Shown: positions 47,871 through 61,720, counted from the stretch's first letter. The stretch is DNA of 64,000 nucleotides from Heteronotia binoei (GCF_032191835.1 NC_083227.1:142166001-142230000), one strand, 5' to 3'. The notes: generated by a model not told the origin, from the sequence alone. Numbers and translations are program-made.

Positions 47871-48334
47871 CTTGTTGGAAAATTGGTAATCTTAAAAGGG
47901 CAGGGTTTGAGGTCAGGAATATCTGGAAACATTAATGGAATACTCTGAAAAATGGAACAACAGGTATCCTTCTAGGTGCAGAAATGCATCTTGGATTTAA
48001 GAGCTATATAAACCTACCACATGCTCGCCTTGTCTTTAAAAGCATTTCCTGCAATCTATTTTTTACTTTTAAAATATTATTTTATTGAAAGTTTTTATAC
48101 ATAAAAAGAAAAATGTTTAAAAGGGTGAAAAGAAAAAGAGGAGAAAAGGTGGGGAAAGTCAATAGAAAAAATCAGAGAAACGTATCTTTCAAAATGTCAA
48201 AATTTCAAAAATTTTCTCAGAAACAAAACCAAATTATTGTTACTATTACAGTAAAAACATGATCACTTATTCATAACCAACCAACCAACCAACCAATCAT
48301 CCTAGTTTTCTAAAAGTTTTAAAGTTCTCTTCAT

Positions 48335-49160
48335 CATCTTCATTGTCCTCCTCTGGACACATTCCAGCTTGTCTATATCCTCCTTGAATTATGGTGCCCA
48401 AAACTGAACACAATATTCAATACTCTAGGTCAACGGTGGCCAATGGTAGCTCTCCAGATGTTTTTTGCCTACAACTCCCATCAGCCCCAGCCACTGGCCA
48501 TGCTGGCTGGGGCTGATGGGAGTTGTAGGCAAAAAACACCTGGAGAGCTACCGTTGGCCACCCCTGCTCTAGGTGAGATCTAACTAGAGTGGAGTAAAGT
48601 GATACCATCATTTCACATGATCTGGGCATTATACTTCTGTTGATACATCCCAAAATTGCATTTGCCTTTTTAGCTACACCACATTATACTGCTGACTCAT
48701 GTTCAATGTATGGTCCACTAAGACCCCTAGATCCTTTTTATACATACTGTTGCCAAGACGAGTGGCCTCCACCTTATAATAATGCATTTGATTTTTCCTA
48801 TCTAAATGCAGAACTTTACATTTATCCCTGTTAAAATTAATTTTGTTTTAATACAGTTTTCCAGCCTGTCAAAATCATCCTGTATTCTGACTCTGTCTTC
48901 TACCATATTTGCTACTTCTCTCAATTTAATATCATCTGCAAATTTAATAAACATTCCCTCTATTCCTTCATCCAAATCATTTATAAAGATGTTGAATAAA
49001 ACAGGTCCTAGGACAGATCCTTGAGACACTCCATCTGTCACTCCTCTTCAAGAGGATGAAGAATCGTTAACAAGTACTTTTTTGGGTGTGATCTGTAATA
49101 GGAGCCACACCACATTTTACCCACTTGACAACAAAAATATTACGTGGAACCTTATCAAGA
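48335..49160 (-). mobile_element. CR1 RT fragment, older, interrupted by a MITE
   Basis: ORF 48802-49041 reads GVSQGSVLGPVLFNIFINDLDEGIEGMFIKFADD. Confidence 0.85.
48431..48566. mobile_element. Palindromic hAT MITE (136 bp)
   Basis: Almost fully self-complementary. Perfect TSD CTCTAGGT. Confidence 0.92.
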
Positions 49161-49202
49161 TAAGCAATGTCTAAAGCACTCCCCTGATCCAGCAAGGGTT
49201 GG

Positions 49203-49434
49203 TTTTATACCTTGCCCTTCACTACCAGAGGAAATCCTGGAGCGGCTTACAATCACCTTCTCTTTGTTTTCCCACAACAAACACCCTGTGAAGTAGGTGC
49301 GGCTGAGAGAGCTCTGAGAGAGCTGTGACTGACCACAGGTCATCCAGCTGCCTTAATGTGGAGGACTGGGAAATCAAATTCAGTTCTCCAGATTAGAGTT
49401 TGCCACTCTTAACCACTACACCAAACTGACTCTC
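49203..49434 (-). mobile_element. tRNA-derived squamate SINE (Squam3-like)
   Basis: The reverse complement starts agtcagtttggtgtagtggttaagagt... with A/B boxes. A partial plus-strand copy lies at about 44490-44620. Confidence 0.7.
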
Positions 49435-49995
49435 TACTAATTAAGTACATTATTCAATAAAATTCAAACATGGGGCACAATCTCCACAAAAGTTAGCTGC
49501 AAGAAAGATCTTTTGAAGTAGCCAAGTGTGATTTGGCCAGCGCAAACTTAAATTCCAACTGTCTGAAAGGGGTTAACTATAATTTTTACTGGACTGTACC
49601 ATATAACTTGACCCTCACATGAGCACAGTTAGCATTTAGCATGCCTGTATATACACAAGATGGAATCGATTAGCACTGATAAGAATCAAATAATTTAGAT
49701 TCAAATTTAAACACACAATTTAAAGATGTGAATAATTGTAGCAATACAAACACTGGAGTTTATCCATGCTTCACATCCCAGATTTAGCCCACAACACGAT
49801 TCATTTCATAAGCCTGGACAACTATAGAAACATAGACTATTATTTACATATGTCAGGTGGGAAATTTTTCTCAGAGAAATCTAGCACTGGAAAATTTTCT
49901 GCAGAAAAATTTCTAATCCCCCATCACAGGTTACAACGTGTTTGTACCTGTGCACAGGCATACGTTTATGGATCATAACATCTAACACTCTAATT

Positions 49996-50337
49996 CAGGA
50001 GTTGCCAAAGTACGGCTCAGGAGCCACATGTGGCTCTTTCACACATATTGTGTGGCTCTCAAAGCCCCTACCATCTCATTGGTCGGCTTGGAGAAGGCAT
50101 CTCTCTCTTTAAAACACTTGTCCAAGCCAAATCAGCCAGCAGCTTGGAGAATTCATTTAAAGTTGTTTTCTTTCCCCCTCTCCCATTTTTTTCTTCCTTC
50201 CTGCTCTCAGATATCTGATGTTTATTCTATGTGGCTCTTACATTAAGCAAGTCTGGCCACAGTGGCATGGCCAGTGGCTAGGGCTGATGGGAGTGGTAGG
50301 CAAAAAACATCTGGAGAGCTACCGTTGGCCACCCCTG
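49996..50337 (-). mobile_element. Chimeric hAT MITE (gagccaca family joined to half of the 136 bp palindromic family)
   Basis: 49996-50260 matches the 55005 family. 50262-50337 matches the right half of 48431-48566. Confidence 0.7.
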
Positions 50338-51139
50338 TTACATTTAGTTCAGTCATAAACATTGGCTTGTAACCAAAAGAGTTTTGCTTTCCCATCACCT
50401 TCTTCCTGGCACAGACCTTTGTAACTCCCCCCGCCCTCAAAATAAATAAAGCCATACTTGAAAGGGCCTCTCTGGAACAGTGCTCAATGTTGTTCAGGGG
50501 CTACACCTGGGACAGCAAGAGTTCGGCAGTAACTGAAGATACACACCCCTTTCTTCAGCTTCAAAAAAAAGCTGCTTGCTTAAGGGACTCTCTTTGGATT
50601 CCATGAATTATTTACAAATATTAAACAGAAGATGATTAAAGTAGTATGTTTTGTACATTTTAGTTTGCTTATATTTCCCAACTAAATTAAATAGTACAAA
50701 GGAATACAACTGGACTCATATCATACTGGATCATATCATACTGGAGAACACCAAGGAGGGGGAGAGAGCAAGCGCGAGTGCTGTGCTAGTGTGAAATATG
50801 CTCAAGATAGCCTTAAGCTATCATCACCACTCAGTTGGCCATCTCCTGCTCTCCCTCTCACTAACACACTGGTAAATCTTCTCAAGTGACAAAAATGAAC
50901 TATTAATCATCCATAAACTGTGACACATTTGTCAATTCATGTGAAGTTGACCAATTTGCCAGTGATTGACTTTCACTGAAGCCCTGCTTACGTGACCACT
51001 CTAGTCACACAACTGTTATAACTTTAGAGCCACAACTCACATGTGATTAGGAGTCTGCCTCTTGTGAAGAAGTCTCCTCTCGCTTACAAGCTTCTGCATA
51101 TCAGATGTCCCATGTGTATTCTTAGATTCTTCCTGGCAC

Positions 51140-52560
51140 AAGAAAATCTAGCTAGAGACCAAAATGTGAAACAAGTTTTTTATCCATATATAACTTCTAA
51201 AGAATGGATTACTTTAAAGAACAAAAAAGTTGCTAATTTTGGAAGGTTTTGATTTAACAAGTGGCTGGCACTCATATCTTTGGTATCAAAAGGTGTTGGC
51301 GAAGAATGTATTTAATATACATGAAATTAGGAGATCGATATATCTAACTTGGAAGTGGATAAAACCTCATATAGGCATATTCAGAAATAGATATCACCTT
51401 TAGAAGCATTGAGCCAACCAAAGTTATTAAAGTTTGAAGAAATTCTCACATATGAGAACTTACTGGATGAGACTTGATACTCTAAAAATAGAAAAAAATA
51501 AAATGCTAGATTGGTGGATGAAAATAAAATTAAAATCTAGATATATGAAAGACAAAGAAACGGGTTTTGCAAAACAGAAAAACAAATATGACCAAATTAT
51601 AACAGGACCAGAAGAAAAAATGATTCAAAAAATTTATAATTACTTATTGACTATGAAAAAGCAGGATGAAATAGTAAAAGATAACATGGTGAAATGGGTG
51701 CAAAATACTGGCTATATTGATTTAGCTGTCTGTGAAAGTGTATGGAAAGAAAATATTAAGATTATAAGATCAGTCACTTTCAAAGAAAATTTTTATAAGA
51801 TGTTTTATAGGTGGTATATTACACCAAACAAATTGGTGAAGATGCTCTCGAATGTTCCAAATAAATGCTGGAAGTGTCAAAAATTGAAAGAATAATTTTA
51901 TCATATATGGTGGCACTGCGACTTAGTGAAAAGTTACTGGAAACAAATTCACAATTGTCTTCAGAAAATTTTAGATTAATCTGCAGCATAAACCTGGATG
52001 TATTTATTGAATATTTGCCAAGATTCGCTTCCCAAACCAATAATCAAATTTTTTATTCATGCAGTAACTGCAGCAAGAATAATATAAGCAAAACAATGGA
52101 AAATGCAAAAAATACCTAAACTCTTAGAAACAGCTTTCTGCAAAATGATGAGAACGAAATATACAAGACAATAAGAAGATCTGGCAGCCACTGTATGATT
52201 GGTTGGATATAGTATAAGTTTGGAATTTGAGACAACTAAGCGGCAATGTATTTGTATATAAGAATATAAGATAAGGAGTGAGTACTGTATAAAAATACTG
52301 AATAAGATGATGCAATTATAAGAAATGTGTATTTGTAAGCTAAAGTAAGAATTATAAAGAGATAGAATGTTATAAGAGACAAAATAGAAGATACCAATTG
52401 TAAATGATATATAGATTTGAGTTGTGATTGAACCAGATGTATATGTAGCAAGAAAGAAAAAGTGAGACATTTGTTCTCTTCCTCCAAACCTGATTTTCCC
52501 ATAATTTCCTATAGAATCTTCCTTTTCCTCTTTCCTATACCTGAAATTCAATAAAACTTA
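51140..52560 (+). mobile_element. Older 5'-truncated L1 3' fragment
   Basis: ORF 51434-51895 ends FKENFYKMFYRWYITPNKLVKM...NKCWKC. It is homologous to 27840-28900. Confidence 0.85.
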
Positions 52561-53224
52561 ATTTGGCATAACTTCCAAATAAATTTCATATAAAAGTGCA
52601 ATATAGATTATGCTTTTTTAAAACATAAAGGGGCGGGAATATAGAAAGATTTAAAATGAATCTAATTTTTCTACTTCCTCGTACCATCCATTTTCTCAGA
52701 GGAAGTTATTTGCAGAAGGAATGATCTCATGATAAATGAGCTGTAAGCAAGGAATTCAGTGATTACCTTTAATATGGAGCTAATCTTAAAACATAACATA
52801 TACAAATACAAACAAATGGTGTTCTGTAACATGGTCCTTAATGGAATTTTTCCTGATTTGCATACATTATAGTTTACTTTAAATCCTCCATTTCCTTGTT
52901 TTAAATTTCATCTAAAGTAATGTTTTTCTTCTAAATTAAACAGCTAGGTTACAAAAGGGTTATCTAGCATTTAAATTAAAACCAGATACCCAACACATTT
53001 ACAGTCTTAACCAGGTGCACCTCATTCAGTGGGCCATGGAGAAAAGTCTCTTTCAATATGTCTTAATGTCTATTAAGAATGCTTGCAACTGCAGCTTTTA
53101 TTAACTAGTACAGGTCATAAAGATTTGTTTTAAATAAATATTTAACTCACTTCATAGGGAAGGACTGCTTTACAGTATCCTAAGAGGGAAAGTCTTATGC
53201 TTTGCAATTTGGCTATGTCCCAAC

Positions 53225-53416
53225 CAATACTCCCTCTAAGCTGTGGAATCTTGTGAGCAAAAATTCTACTCTGTGAGCTACTGGCATTAAAGTCGTGAGC
53301 TGCTGCATACATTTGTTTGCTCTGGGGCCATTTTTCCTGCGCTAAGACAAAAATGTGTGAGCTGGAGGCTAAAAAACTGTGAGCTAGCTCACACTAACTC
53401 AACTTAGAGGGAACTG
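53225..53416 (+). mobile_element. hAT MITE, CAATGTTCCCTCTAAG family
   Basis: Same body as 25057. TSD GTCCCAAC/GTCCTAAT. Confidence 0.85.
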
Positions 53417-53734
53417 GTCCTAATTGTAAAACAAAAAAAACTATTTGTTCCCAACTACTAATAAAAGTGTACATTCCACTTCGCTTTCTATTCTGTTAAG
53501 AGCAGGAAGTGTATTGATGAGTAAGATTTTAACTCTTAGGGAATGTCTGAACAAACAACAGAACATTTTTCATTTATCAAAGCCATAAAGTAGTAGCCAA
53601 CACTGCTAAAATAAAGAGGAAATGTGATACTGTGTAAACTATGCACAACGCATAAAGTAGCCTTTGCTTAAATCATAATTTTTAAAGCACTATCCCCAAA
53701 ATTAAAGGTATGCTTGATTATAGTATTCTCTACA

Positions 53735-54230
53735 GCAGTGTTTCCCATTTGCAGGGTCGCAACCCGGTACTGGGACATGGAAGCCTCAATATCGGGTCAC
53801 CAAGGGTGGCCCAACAGCCCCCTCTTCTCTATTTATCTTCGGCGCTGCATGCCACACCGCACTCCAGCCCCTGCACCCCATGCCGCCTGCAGCACTCAGA
53901 GAGCGCTACAGACACTGTGCACTGGCCAGAAGCCCTTCCTTGTCCCTCTCTGATGTTCGGAAACGTCAGAGAGGGTGAGGAAAGTTCCTGACCGGCGCAC
54001 AGTGTCTATATCGCTCCCTAATCCTCCTCCACCTGGAGGAGGATTAGGGAGCGATACTGAGACTGTGCGCTGGCCAGAAGTACTTTCCCGTCCCTCTGGG
54101 ATGTTCAGAAATATCAGAGAGGGCAGGTAAAGCTCCTGGCCGGTGCGCAGTCCCTGTATCGCTCCCTGAACGTCCTCCGCCCGGACCACGGGGAAGGAAC
54201 TCGGCCACGGAGGGGAATTCTTCGATAGCA
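53735..54230. mobile_element. MITE-like element with tandem hairpin units
   Basis: Starts cagtgtttccca. Two ~150 bp units, each self-complementary. Perfect 23 bp inverted repeat at 54009-54056. Confidence 0.55.
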
Positions 54231-55004
54231 AGAATTCTGAGCAAGTAGTTGTTACTCAACTGTTCAACCAGGGCTGCAATTCTCTCTTGTAATCTGACCT
54301 TTCAAATACATGGAAGACTTAACCCTTCTGAAGCTGAATACATAAGTTATGGGAACCCCAATAATTTAATAAAGCAGCAAAAGAGCAGACTGCTGATCTG
54401 GCTTTAGATTAAATCTTGTATAATCCCAATAAATACATATATGATTTCCAGCTCTTGGCTGGCACATTAGTGACAGTAAAATTTCTCACAGAGATATGAC
54501 AAGTGAAACAAATCTTAAGTTACAGAAAAAGCCAACATGTCTTCTAAATCAAAGTAGATTCCCAGATTTAGCTGATTATATTTTAAGAAAACTGTGCATC
54601 CCACAATGAACTTACCTAAATTTCTGACCAAAATTGTATTACAAGAAAAAAAGAAAATGAGATTGGCAAGCAGACTTCATTATTTAGTCTGTTTATCATA
54701 TCAACAATGCTAGTAAGCAGCAGAAAAGAAATCAGAAGCAATTTTTGCATATTAGGAAATATTCAGAGAACTGTGCTCTGACTTCCTTCTCATTTGTCCA
54801 AACAACTTATTATTAAACCTGTAGAGGAACAACAAATTGGTAATTCTGTTATTAACACAGGGCTTTTTTTAACAGCAGGAACACAGTTCTGGCTGGTTTG
54901 GCATCAGGGGTGTGTGGCCTAATATGCAAATGAGTTCCTGCTGGGCTTTTTCTACAAAACAGTCCCTCTATTAACATATAAAAAGATGCACAGAAACACT
55001 AGAT

Positions 55005-55353
55005 CAGGGGTGGCCAAACTTGTTTAATGTAAGAGTCACACCGAATAAATGCCAAATGTTTGAGAGCCACAAAACATGAACGTCAGATGTTTGAGAGCAG
55101 CAAGACAAGAAGGGAGGAAGGAAGAAAAGGTGGAAAGAAATCAAATAGGTGGGGAGGGAGGAAAAGGTGGAAAGAAAACAACTTCAACTTTAAATGCATT
55201 CTTCAAGTTGCCAGGTGCTTGGCTTGGGGAAGTTATTTAAAGAGAGAAATGCCTTCTCCAAGCTGGCTGACAGGGTGGTGGGAGCTTCGAGAGCCACACA
55301 ATATGTGTGGAAGAGCCACATGTGTCTCCTGAGCCACAGTTTGGCCACCACTG
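55005..55353 (+). mobile_element. hAT MITE (CAGGGGTGGCCAAAC family)
   Basis: TIRs present. Perfect TSD CACTAGAT. Confidence 0.92.
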
Positions 55354-57536
55354 CACTAGATCTTGTAATACCAAGACATAGTGCTGGAAGCTGTTTGCAT
55401 TTTTTGTTCTCATTTTTGGTCCCCCACCCCTCCCTCCCTCTCACCAAATGATAACATTCTGGAGAAAGAAGACAGTTATTTACCAGAGGTGCTATCTTTT
55501 TCTGAAGATGAGATGTATAATGCTGGAGTATCTAGGTAGTTATTCACACACATTCAAAAAGAATGGTATAACCCATGGTATAACCCATGCAGAGAATCAG
55601 TTTTCAACTGGAATGTTGTGAGACACAGTTTGACAACTAGATTGCAGCTTGAACCAAGATGGGGTGAGTACTATAGCCACACTTGGATATAATAAACATG
55701 AAAAGTAATAAATTTCACAACTTAAACTGCTTCTCTACCTAAAGATACTACCTAAAATTAAAAAAAATTATGTTTTCCAAGTAGCTAATGAACCAAAATA
55801 AAATTAATGAAGTCCTGCCCAGAACAACAAAGTAAAAGAGTTGAGGAAGGGGGAAGGGAGGGAGGGAGAAGAGAGCACTGAGACAAAATCTTTTTTTACT
55901 CAACTGTTCAACCAGTCCTGAAAACATAATTGTCAGAGCAACCCAAAGTATGTCTTGGAGATGAAAAGACTGAAGGTGACTGACTGCTTGAAGTTTTGAC
56001 ACTTCTAAGGAATTTTGATAAAGATCTTTATTGAAATTTCTTTATTGAAATTTTGATAAAGATCTTTATTGAAATTTCTCAGGGCTCTAATATAAGAGAT
56101 GTCCGTAATACAAAACATGATTGAAGAGGGAAAAATTGTGATGTTCTATTCAATTAAAACTTGAGACTATTTTAAAATGAATTTCTTAATTTTTTTCTTA
56201 ACTATTGCCGTTTTTCAATTCTAAGGAAAAAAATTAGGTGGAAACAAGTCTTCCTCCACAGACTGTTAAATAGTAGCATTCATTTTTAATATAAAAAATT
56301 TACACATTTTAATCACTATAAGACAACTGCCTTTATGAAAACTGCTAATAAGCAGCATTTTTACTAGTATTTTATTGTCACCAACAGTGGGAAAGCAAAA
56401 TTTAAATTTAAAACAGGGTAGAGTGGAAACACAGCCAGTACAACATTCTTGTACTAATTATCTGAAAATCATCTCTTCAACCAAAGCCAGGGCAGTCTAG
56501 ATCTATTTTACCACATCAACATATCTTTCTCACATTAAAAGTCATTAAAAGACACAGGCATATATTTTCTGCTGGAGTCACACTGTTTCGAGTCACTGTT
56601 GTACAAAACATCTCAACACATCTCAACCAATATATATATTTTTTATAAAATTAATAAGTGGAATTTATTTTATGTTCCATTTTTTATCCTGCTCTTGTCC
56701 AAGAAGTTCAATGTTGTACATTATTATGTGCTTACTCAATTTTAGTACAACAAAATCCCTGTGAGTTAAGTTAGTCAGACATAGTCAAAGTTACCCACCA
56801 ACTTCCATGGAGTTTTGAACTTTTGTCTCCCAGTTGCTAAGTCTTGCACCCTGATCACAACACATGCTCTGATCTTAAGAAGTTTTTTGAAACACTGTGA
56901 ACATCACATTTTAAAAATAAAGATATTAATAAAAGGTATGTTTTATTGTGTTCCACTAACTATCTCAATGGTGCTGACTTGTTCAATTTAGAATGCATTT
57001 CACTGGCATTTAAAATGTATCACCTATTTACAAAAGCAACAACTACATATCTTATATTGAATTCCAAACCTGACATCCAGCATGAGGATCAAAAATCCAC
57101 ATAATGGGGCCAGGTTCAGATATTTTGACAAACCAGGGGGATCCAGGTTTGAAATATGCCCCAAACATAAAGTACCACCTGAAATCTCACAAAATCATGG
57201 CTGCCATTATAGGGTATAGCAACTCCAGCAGGATGCAACCTTTTGACTAGAAGAGGCAATGAAAACACACTGACAGGGAGAAGACAGCAAAAGTGGGGGG
57301 AGAGGGGGGAAGAGCAGGAAAAAGGAATAAAAACAGAGGAGGGCCAGCAAGGGAGAAGAAGAAAATTTATGTTTAATTTTTTATCCCAGCAAGTCTTGAA
57401 GGCTCAAATGTATGCGTTTCTGATAATGAAGCAGATGAACAAGCCTGATCACTACTTTGAGCCTCCTATATCTAATGCATATCATAGCTCAGTGCACATT
57501 CATAGACCCAGAGAATGAGGTAAGGTTCAGATAGGG

Positions 57537-57808
57537 CAAGGATGGCCAAACTCACTTAATGTAAGAGCCACATAGAATAAACATCAGATGTTTGAGAGCC
57601 ACAAGACATGAACAAGGAAGGAAGGAAGGAAGGAAGGAAGGAAGGAAGGAAGGAAGGAAGGAAGGAAGGAAGGAAGGAAGGAAGGAAGGAAGGAAGGAAG
57701 GAAGCTATAACTCTAAATGTATTCTCCAAGCGGTGGGGGCTTCAAGAGCCACATAATATGTATGAAAGAGTGACATGTAGCTACCGAGTCACAATTTGGC
57801 CACCACTG
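57537..57808 (+). mobile_element. hAT MITE (same family) containing a (GGAA)n microsatellite of about 22 units
   Basis: Perfect TSD AGATAGGG. (GGAA)n at about 57615-57703. Confidence 0.9.
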
Positions 57809-58630
57809 AGATAGGGGGTATTCTTCTGTAGCCCTGGGGAACCCCCCAGGTCTGCAAAACAATAAGAACACTTAGAAAAAAGGGGGTTTAAATCCCTCAG
57901 AAAACAGCACAATTGTCCATGCTTGCACAAGCATAACCCTAAAGAGAATTGAAGGCAGAAGTCAACTGAATGGAGCTTCCAGGGCCCACTGCTGATGCTA
58001 CCCCTCATGCCACTGCCCCTCCTATACAGACAAGCAAATAAGAGAAGCAGGAGGCTTTGGAACCTCCCTCCTCTGCCAATGGCCCCACCACTGCCATCAG
58101 TCCTCTCTGGGTGGGGGAGGGAGAAATGGAGCTCCTCCTCTCATTACACCTAGCAGTAAAGTACAGTAGCAATAAACAGACAGCGCGATATGCATCAATA
58201 ATTACAACAGTGGTCAATTTCCACAGAAGATTTCCAGACTCTGCTTTTCAAGTCTAAAGTGATCAACAGCAGTAAGAGTCTTCAACAATATCTCATGATG
58301 ATCATATCAATGGTGATCAGATTTCATTCACACAAGAATCCCAGGTAATAACCTCAAGGTGCTATACCATTACTTCATGTTGGATTCATTTGTGTTTTGA
58401 AATGCTGAATGGTACCCATGAGGGAGTAATTTATATTATTGTGGTAATGGTAATTTAAACAGCCTTTAAGAAATAGTTTAGAGCTGGATAATAAAATACC
58501 GCACTTAAATTGGTTTGACTGATGAAGAGGACTGAAACAAGATTATTACCTGGGATTCTTGTGTAAATGAAATCTGATCAACACTGATATGATTGTGACT
58601 AGTTGTCATCACATATATACACACACATAT

Positions 58631-58927
58631 AAAGGTAAAGGTAGTCCCCTGTGCAAGCACCAGTCATTTCCGACTCTGAGGTGACACTGCTTTCACAACA
58701 TTTTCATGGCAGACTTTTTACGGGTGGTTTGCCACTGCCTTCCCCAGTCATCTACACTTTCCCCCCGAGCAAGCTGGGTACTCATTTTACCAACTCTGGG
58801 AGGATGGAAGGCTGAGTCAACCTTGAGCCGGCTACCTGAACCCAGCTTCTCCTGGGACTGAACTCAGGTCATGAGCAGAGAGCTCAGACTGCAGTACTGC
58901 AGTTTTACCACTCTGTGCCACGGGGCT
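58631..58927 (-). mobile_element. Sauria SINE
   Basis: (ACCTTT)n BovB-type tail and typical body (gcaagctgggtactcattttacc...ggaaggctgagtcaaccttgagcc). About 20 bp TSD acatatatacacacacatat. Confidence 0.88.
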
Positions 58928-59724
58928 ACATATATACACAAACACATATGAGACGCTAAATTATATATAAAAATTATATGTGTGTGTGTGTATGTGGGCA
59001 CGTGCATATACATATATATAACATTACAATAGAACTGTGTTGTAATGAGATTCTTATTATATATATATAATTCAGCATCTCATTACAACACAATTTTCAT
59101 ACTGCTTTCTATAGATCCTTCTTAGTTTTGACGTGCCTCTCACTACACCACCAAGTTGGCAGCATTGCAGGTGAGAAGGGAGCTGTTGCTGCTTACTGCC
59201 TTGCCTGCTGGTGCTGACCCTGTCATTGCCACCTCTCCTCTACAGCTGGATGGGCAGGGGGAAAGAAACTGCTTTCCACCACATGAGCCAGGTGGGAGAG
59301 TGGAGCCAGCACTGCAGGCTAATGGGCAAGCAGGGGAAAAGGGATTCCCTCCACAAGTCTTGTGGGTCCCCACTTGTACTTTTCATAATTCTTAAACTTA
59401 GTGCATCTATTTCTCCATATTCTCTTATATTTATTTTTATAACCTAGGTAACGTCCTCCTGCCTATTTCTGAAAAATTGCTCCCTCTCATGGCACAGTAA
59501 CTTCTATTTCTTGAAAAACAGGAACTGTTCTGATATAGAGGGAGAAAGTTCAATATGTCAACCCTCATTTTTTTCAGCAAAGCTTTTCCAATTCCCTAGC
59601 CCCACCTTCAATATTTCTGTGGCTACCTAATAATGATTCATTTATCAGTTCTTTATTTCTCCTTACTTAGGGGGAAACAGCATATTATATAGGAAAACTG
59701 CAAACAGAACCTTCAATGTTTTGT

Positions 59725-60715
59725 GTGCATGTGTTAAGTATCAAGTTGCTTCTGACTTATGGCAGCGCTATGAATTAGTGATCTCAAAAACACTGTGTCA
59801 TTAACAGCCTTGCTCAGGTCTCACAAACTGAGGACCATGGTTTCTTTGGTTGAATTAATTCATCTCATGTTAAGTCAGGGGTGGCCAAACTGGCTCGAGA
59901 GTCACATGTGACTCTTTCACACATAATGTGTGGCTCTCCAAGCCCCCACCGCCCCATCGGCCAGACTGGAGAAGGCAATTTTTTCTTTAAATCACTCCTC
60001 CAAGCCAAGCCAAGCCAAGCCAGATGGTTAACCAGATGGTTAAAGCTGCTTTCTTTCCACCTCTCCCTCCCTCCTCCCATCTATTTACCTGACTCCCTTC
60101 CTTGTCATGCAGCTCTCAAACATCTGACAATCATGTCTTTCAGCTCCCATTTATTCTATGTGGCTCTTAAGTTAATCAAATTTGGCCACCCCTGTGTAAG
60201 GTCTTCCTGTTCTCCTGCTGCCTTCAACTTCTCCTAGCATTATTGTCTTTTCCACTGACTCTTGTCTTCTCATAATGAGACCCAAGTACGATAATCTCAG
60301 TTTGGCCATTTTAGCTTCTATGGAGAATTCAGGCTGGATTTGAACTGCAACCCACTTATTTGTCTTTTTGGCAGTCCACAGTATCCATAAAACTCTCCTC
60401 CAACACCACATTTCAAATAAATCTACTTTCTTCTTGTCAGCTTTCTTCACTGTCCAACTTTCCCACACATACGTAACAATGGAGAAATACTATGGCATGA
60501 ATTATCTTGGTCTTGGGTACCAGCAACTTATCCTTATGCTTTGGAATCTTTTCTGTCTCCTTTACTGCCTTTCCCCATCTTTACTGCCCTTTACTTTCCC
60601 CTTTACTGCCTTTCCCCATCTTATTCTCCTTTGTGATTTCTTGATTGCAGCCTCCCTTCTGGTTGATGACAAGGAAATAAACTGTTAACAATTCTGATTT
60701 CTTCATTTATTTCGT
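59725..60715 (-). mobile_element. RTE-clade (BovB-like) LINE 3' fragment, split by a MITE
   Basis: ORF 60172-60468 reads WESWTVKKADKKKVDLFEMWCWRRVL...LRLSYLGLIMRRQESVEKTIMLGEVEGSRRTGRP. Confidence 0.9.
59876..60194 (-). mobile_element. hAT MITE (CAGGGGTGGCCAAAC family)
   Basis: TIRs present. TSD TGTTAAGT/TGTAAGGT. Confidence 0.85.
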
Positions 60716-61519
60716 TCCTTCATTTCCATTAAGCTAAAACTACCAGAGGGAAGCCCACTCTGGAGAAGTAGAACATTTGTGTGAACAGTACTGCCCCAGC
60801 CAGCACCCTAAAACTGCATTTCAATATAAACAGGAAAGTCAAAAGACCCAATCATGCATCTCTTACATGAAGTGTAACCTGTCCCACTAACTTTAAATCT
60901 CAAAAAAATGCCTCAGTCAGAGCTCAACAAATGTGGGGAGCTGTTCCACAATGCCTGGAAATTCTATCATGGTGTATAATATATTTGTCCTCCCTCCTGT
61001 GAAGCTGAGAAAGTGAAGCATTGTGGCCTGACATAAATTGGTGCCCCCCCCCCCCCGACAAGGCCAAGATATTGCAGTAGACATTGTAACTACAATGTTG
61101 CAAACTTTTCCAGGGTGAATCCAGTAATCCTGTGGAAGAATGTCTGGCCTCCTACTGAAACCAGCTGAGATGCCATTAGATGAGTCTACAGTGACTGCAA
61201 TGATTAGGCCTGACCTAACAGTCAGCAATTTCTCATCAGAATCAAAGCAGCTCAGGTCTGCTGGAAAAAGCTCAGCCAACTAGACATACAGATGCTTCAC
61301 ACTGAATGATACTGCCACTGGTTGTTGCATGCAGAGATGCTGCCTGGGGTAAGGATTACTGGTGCTTGGGAGGCTGGACTGCAAGGCACTCTTCATAATT
61401 TGGGCAGTTCGGAGCCCTTCCAAAGTCAACACCTGGGGCTCTTTGTTCAGCCTGAATTCAGATGACAAAAGCAATAGGCTTTGTCCTTGCACAGTATGAT
61501 GTACTAATATGAAGCTGCC

Positions 61520-61720
61520 TTATACTGCATCATGCCATTGGTCCAGCAATGTTAGTATTGTCTACTTAAACTGGCAGGGACTCTCCAAGGAAGGTGTCAG
61601 ATGAGTAGTCTTTCATATCACTTACTTTCTGGTCCTTTTACCTGCAGATGCCAGGTATATAACCTGAGACCTTCTGCATCCTAATCAGATGCTCTACTAC
61701 TCTGCCACATCTCCTCCTCA
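61520..61720 (-). mobile_element. Old tRNA-derived SINE
   Basis: Similar to 13870-14060 (acctg.agatgccag...aacctgagacctt). Confidence 0.45.

Noticed and set aside
57615-57703. (GGAA)n as an ETS-fusion enhancer
   Set aside because: An ordinary expansion of the purine-rich middle of this MITE family, with no evidence of function.
58516-58545. CTGATGA-AGAGGACT-GAAAC as a hammerhead
   Set aside because: Only a 2 bp stem II, and no stem I, stem III or NUH pairing.
9916-60715. General antisense bias of retroelements
   Set aside because: The long CR1 and both L1s are antisense, but Rex1, L2, BovB-like, DIRS and the second CR1 are sense, so there is no clear pattern.
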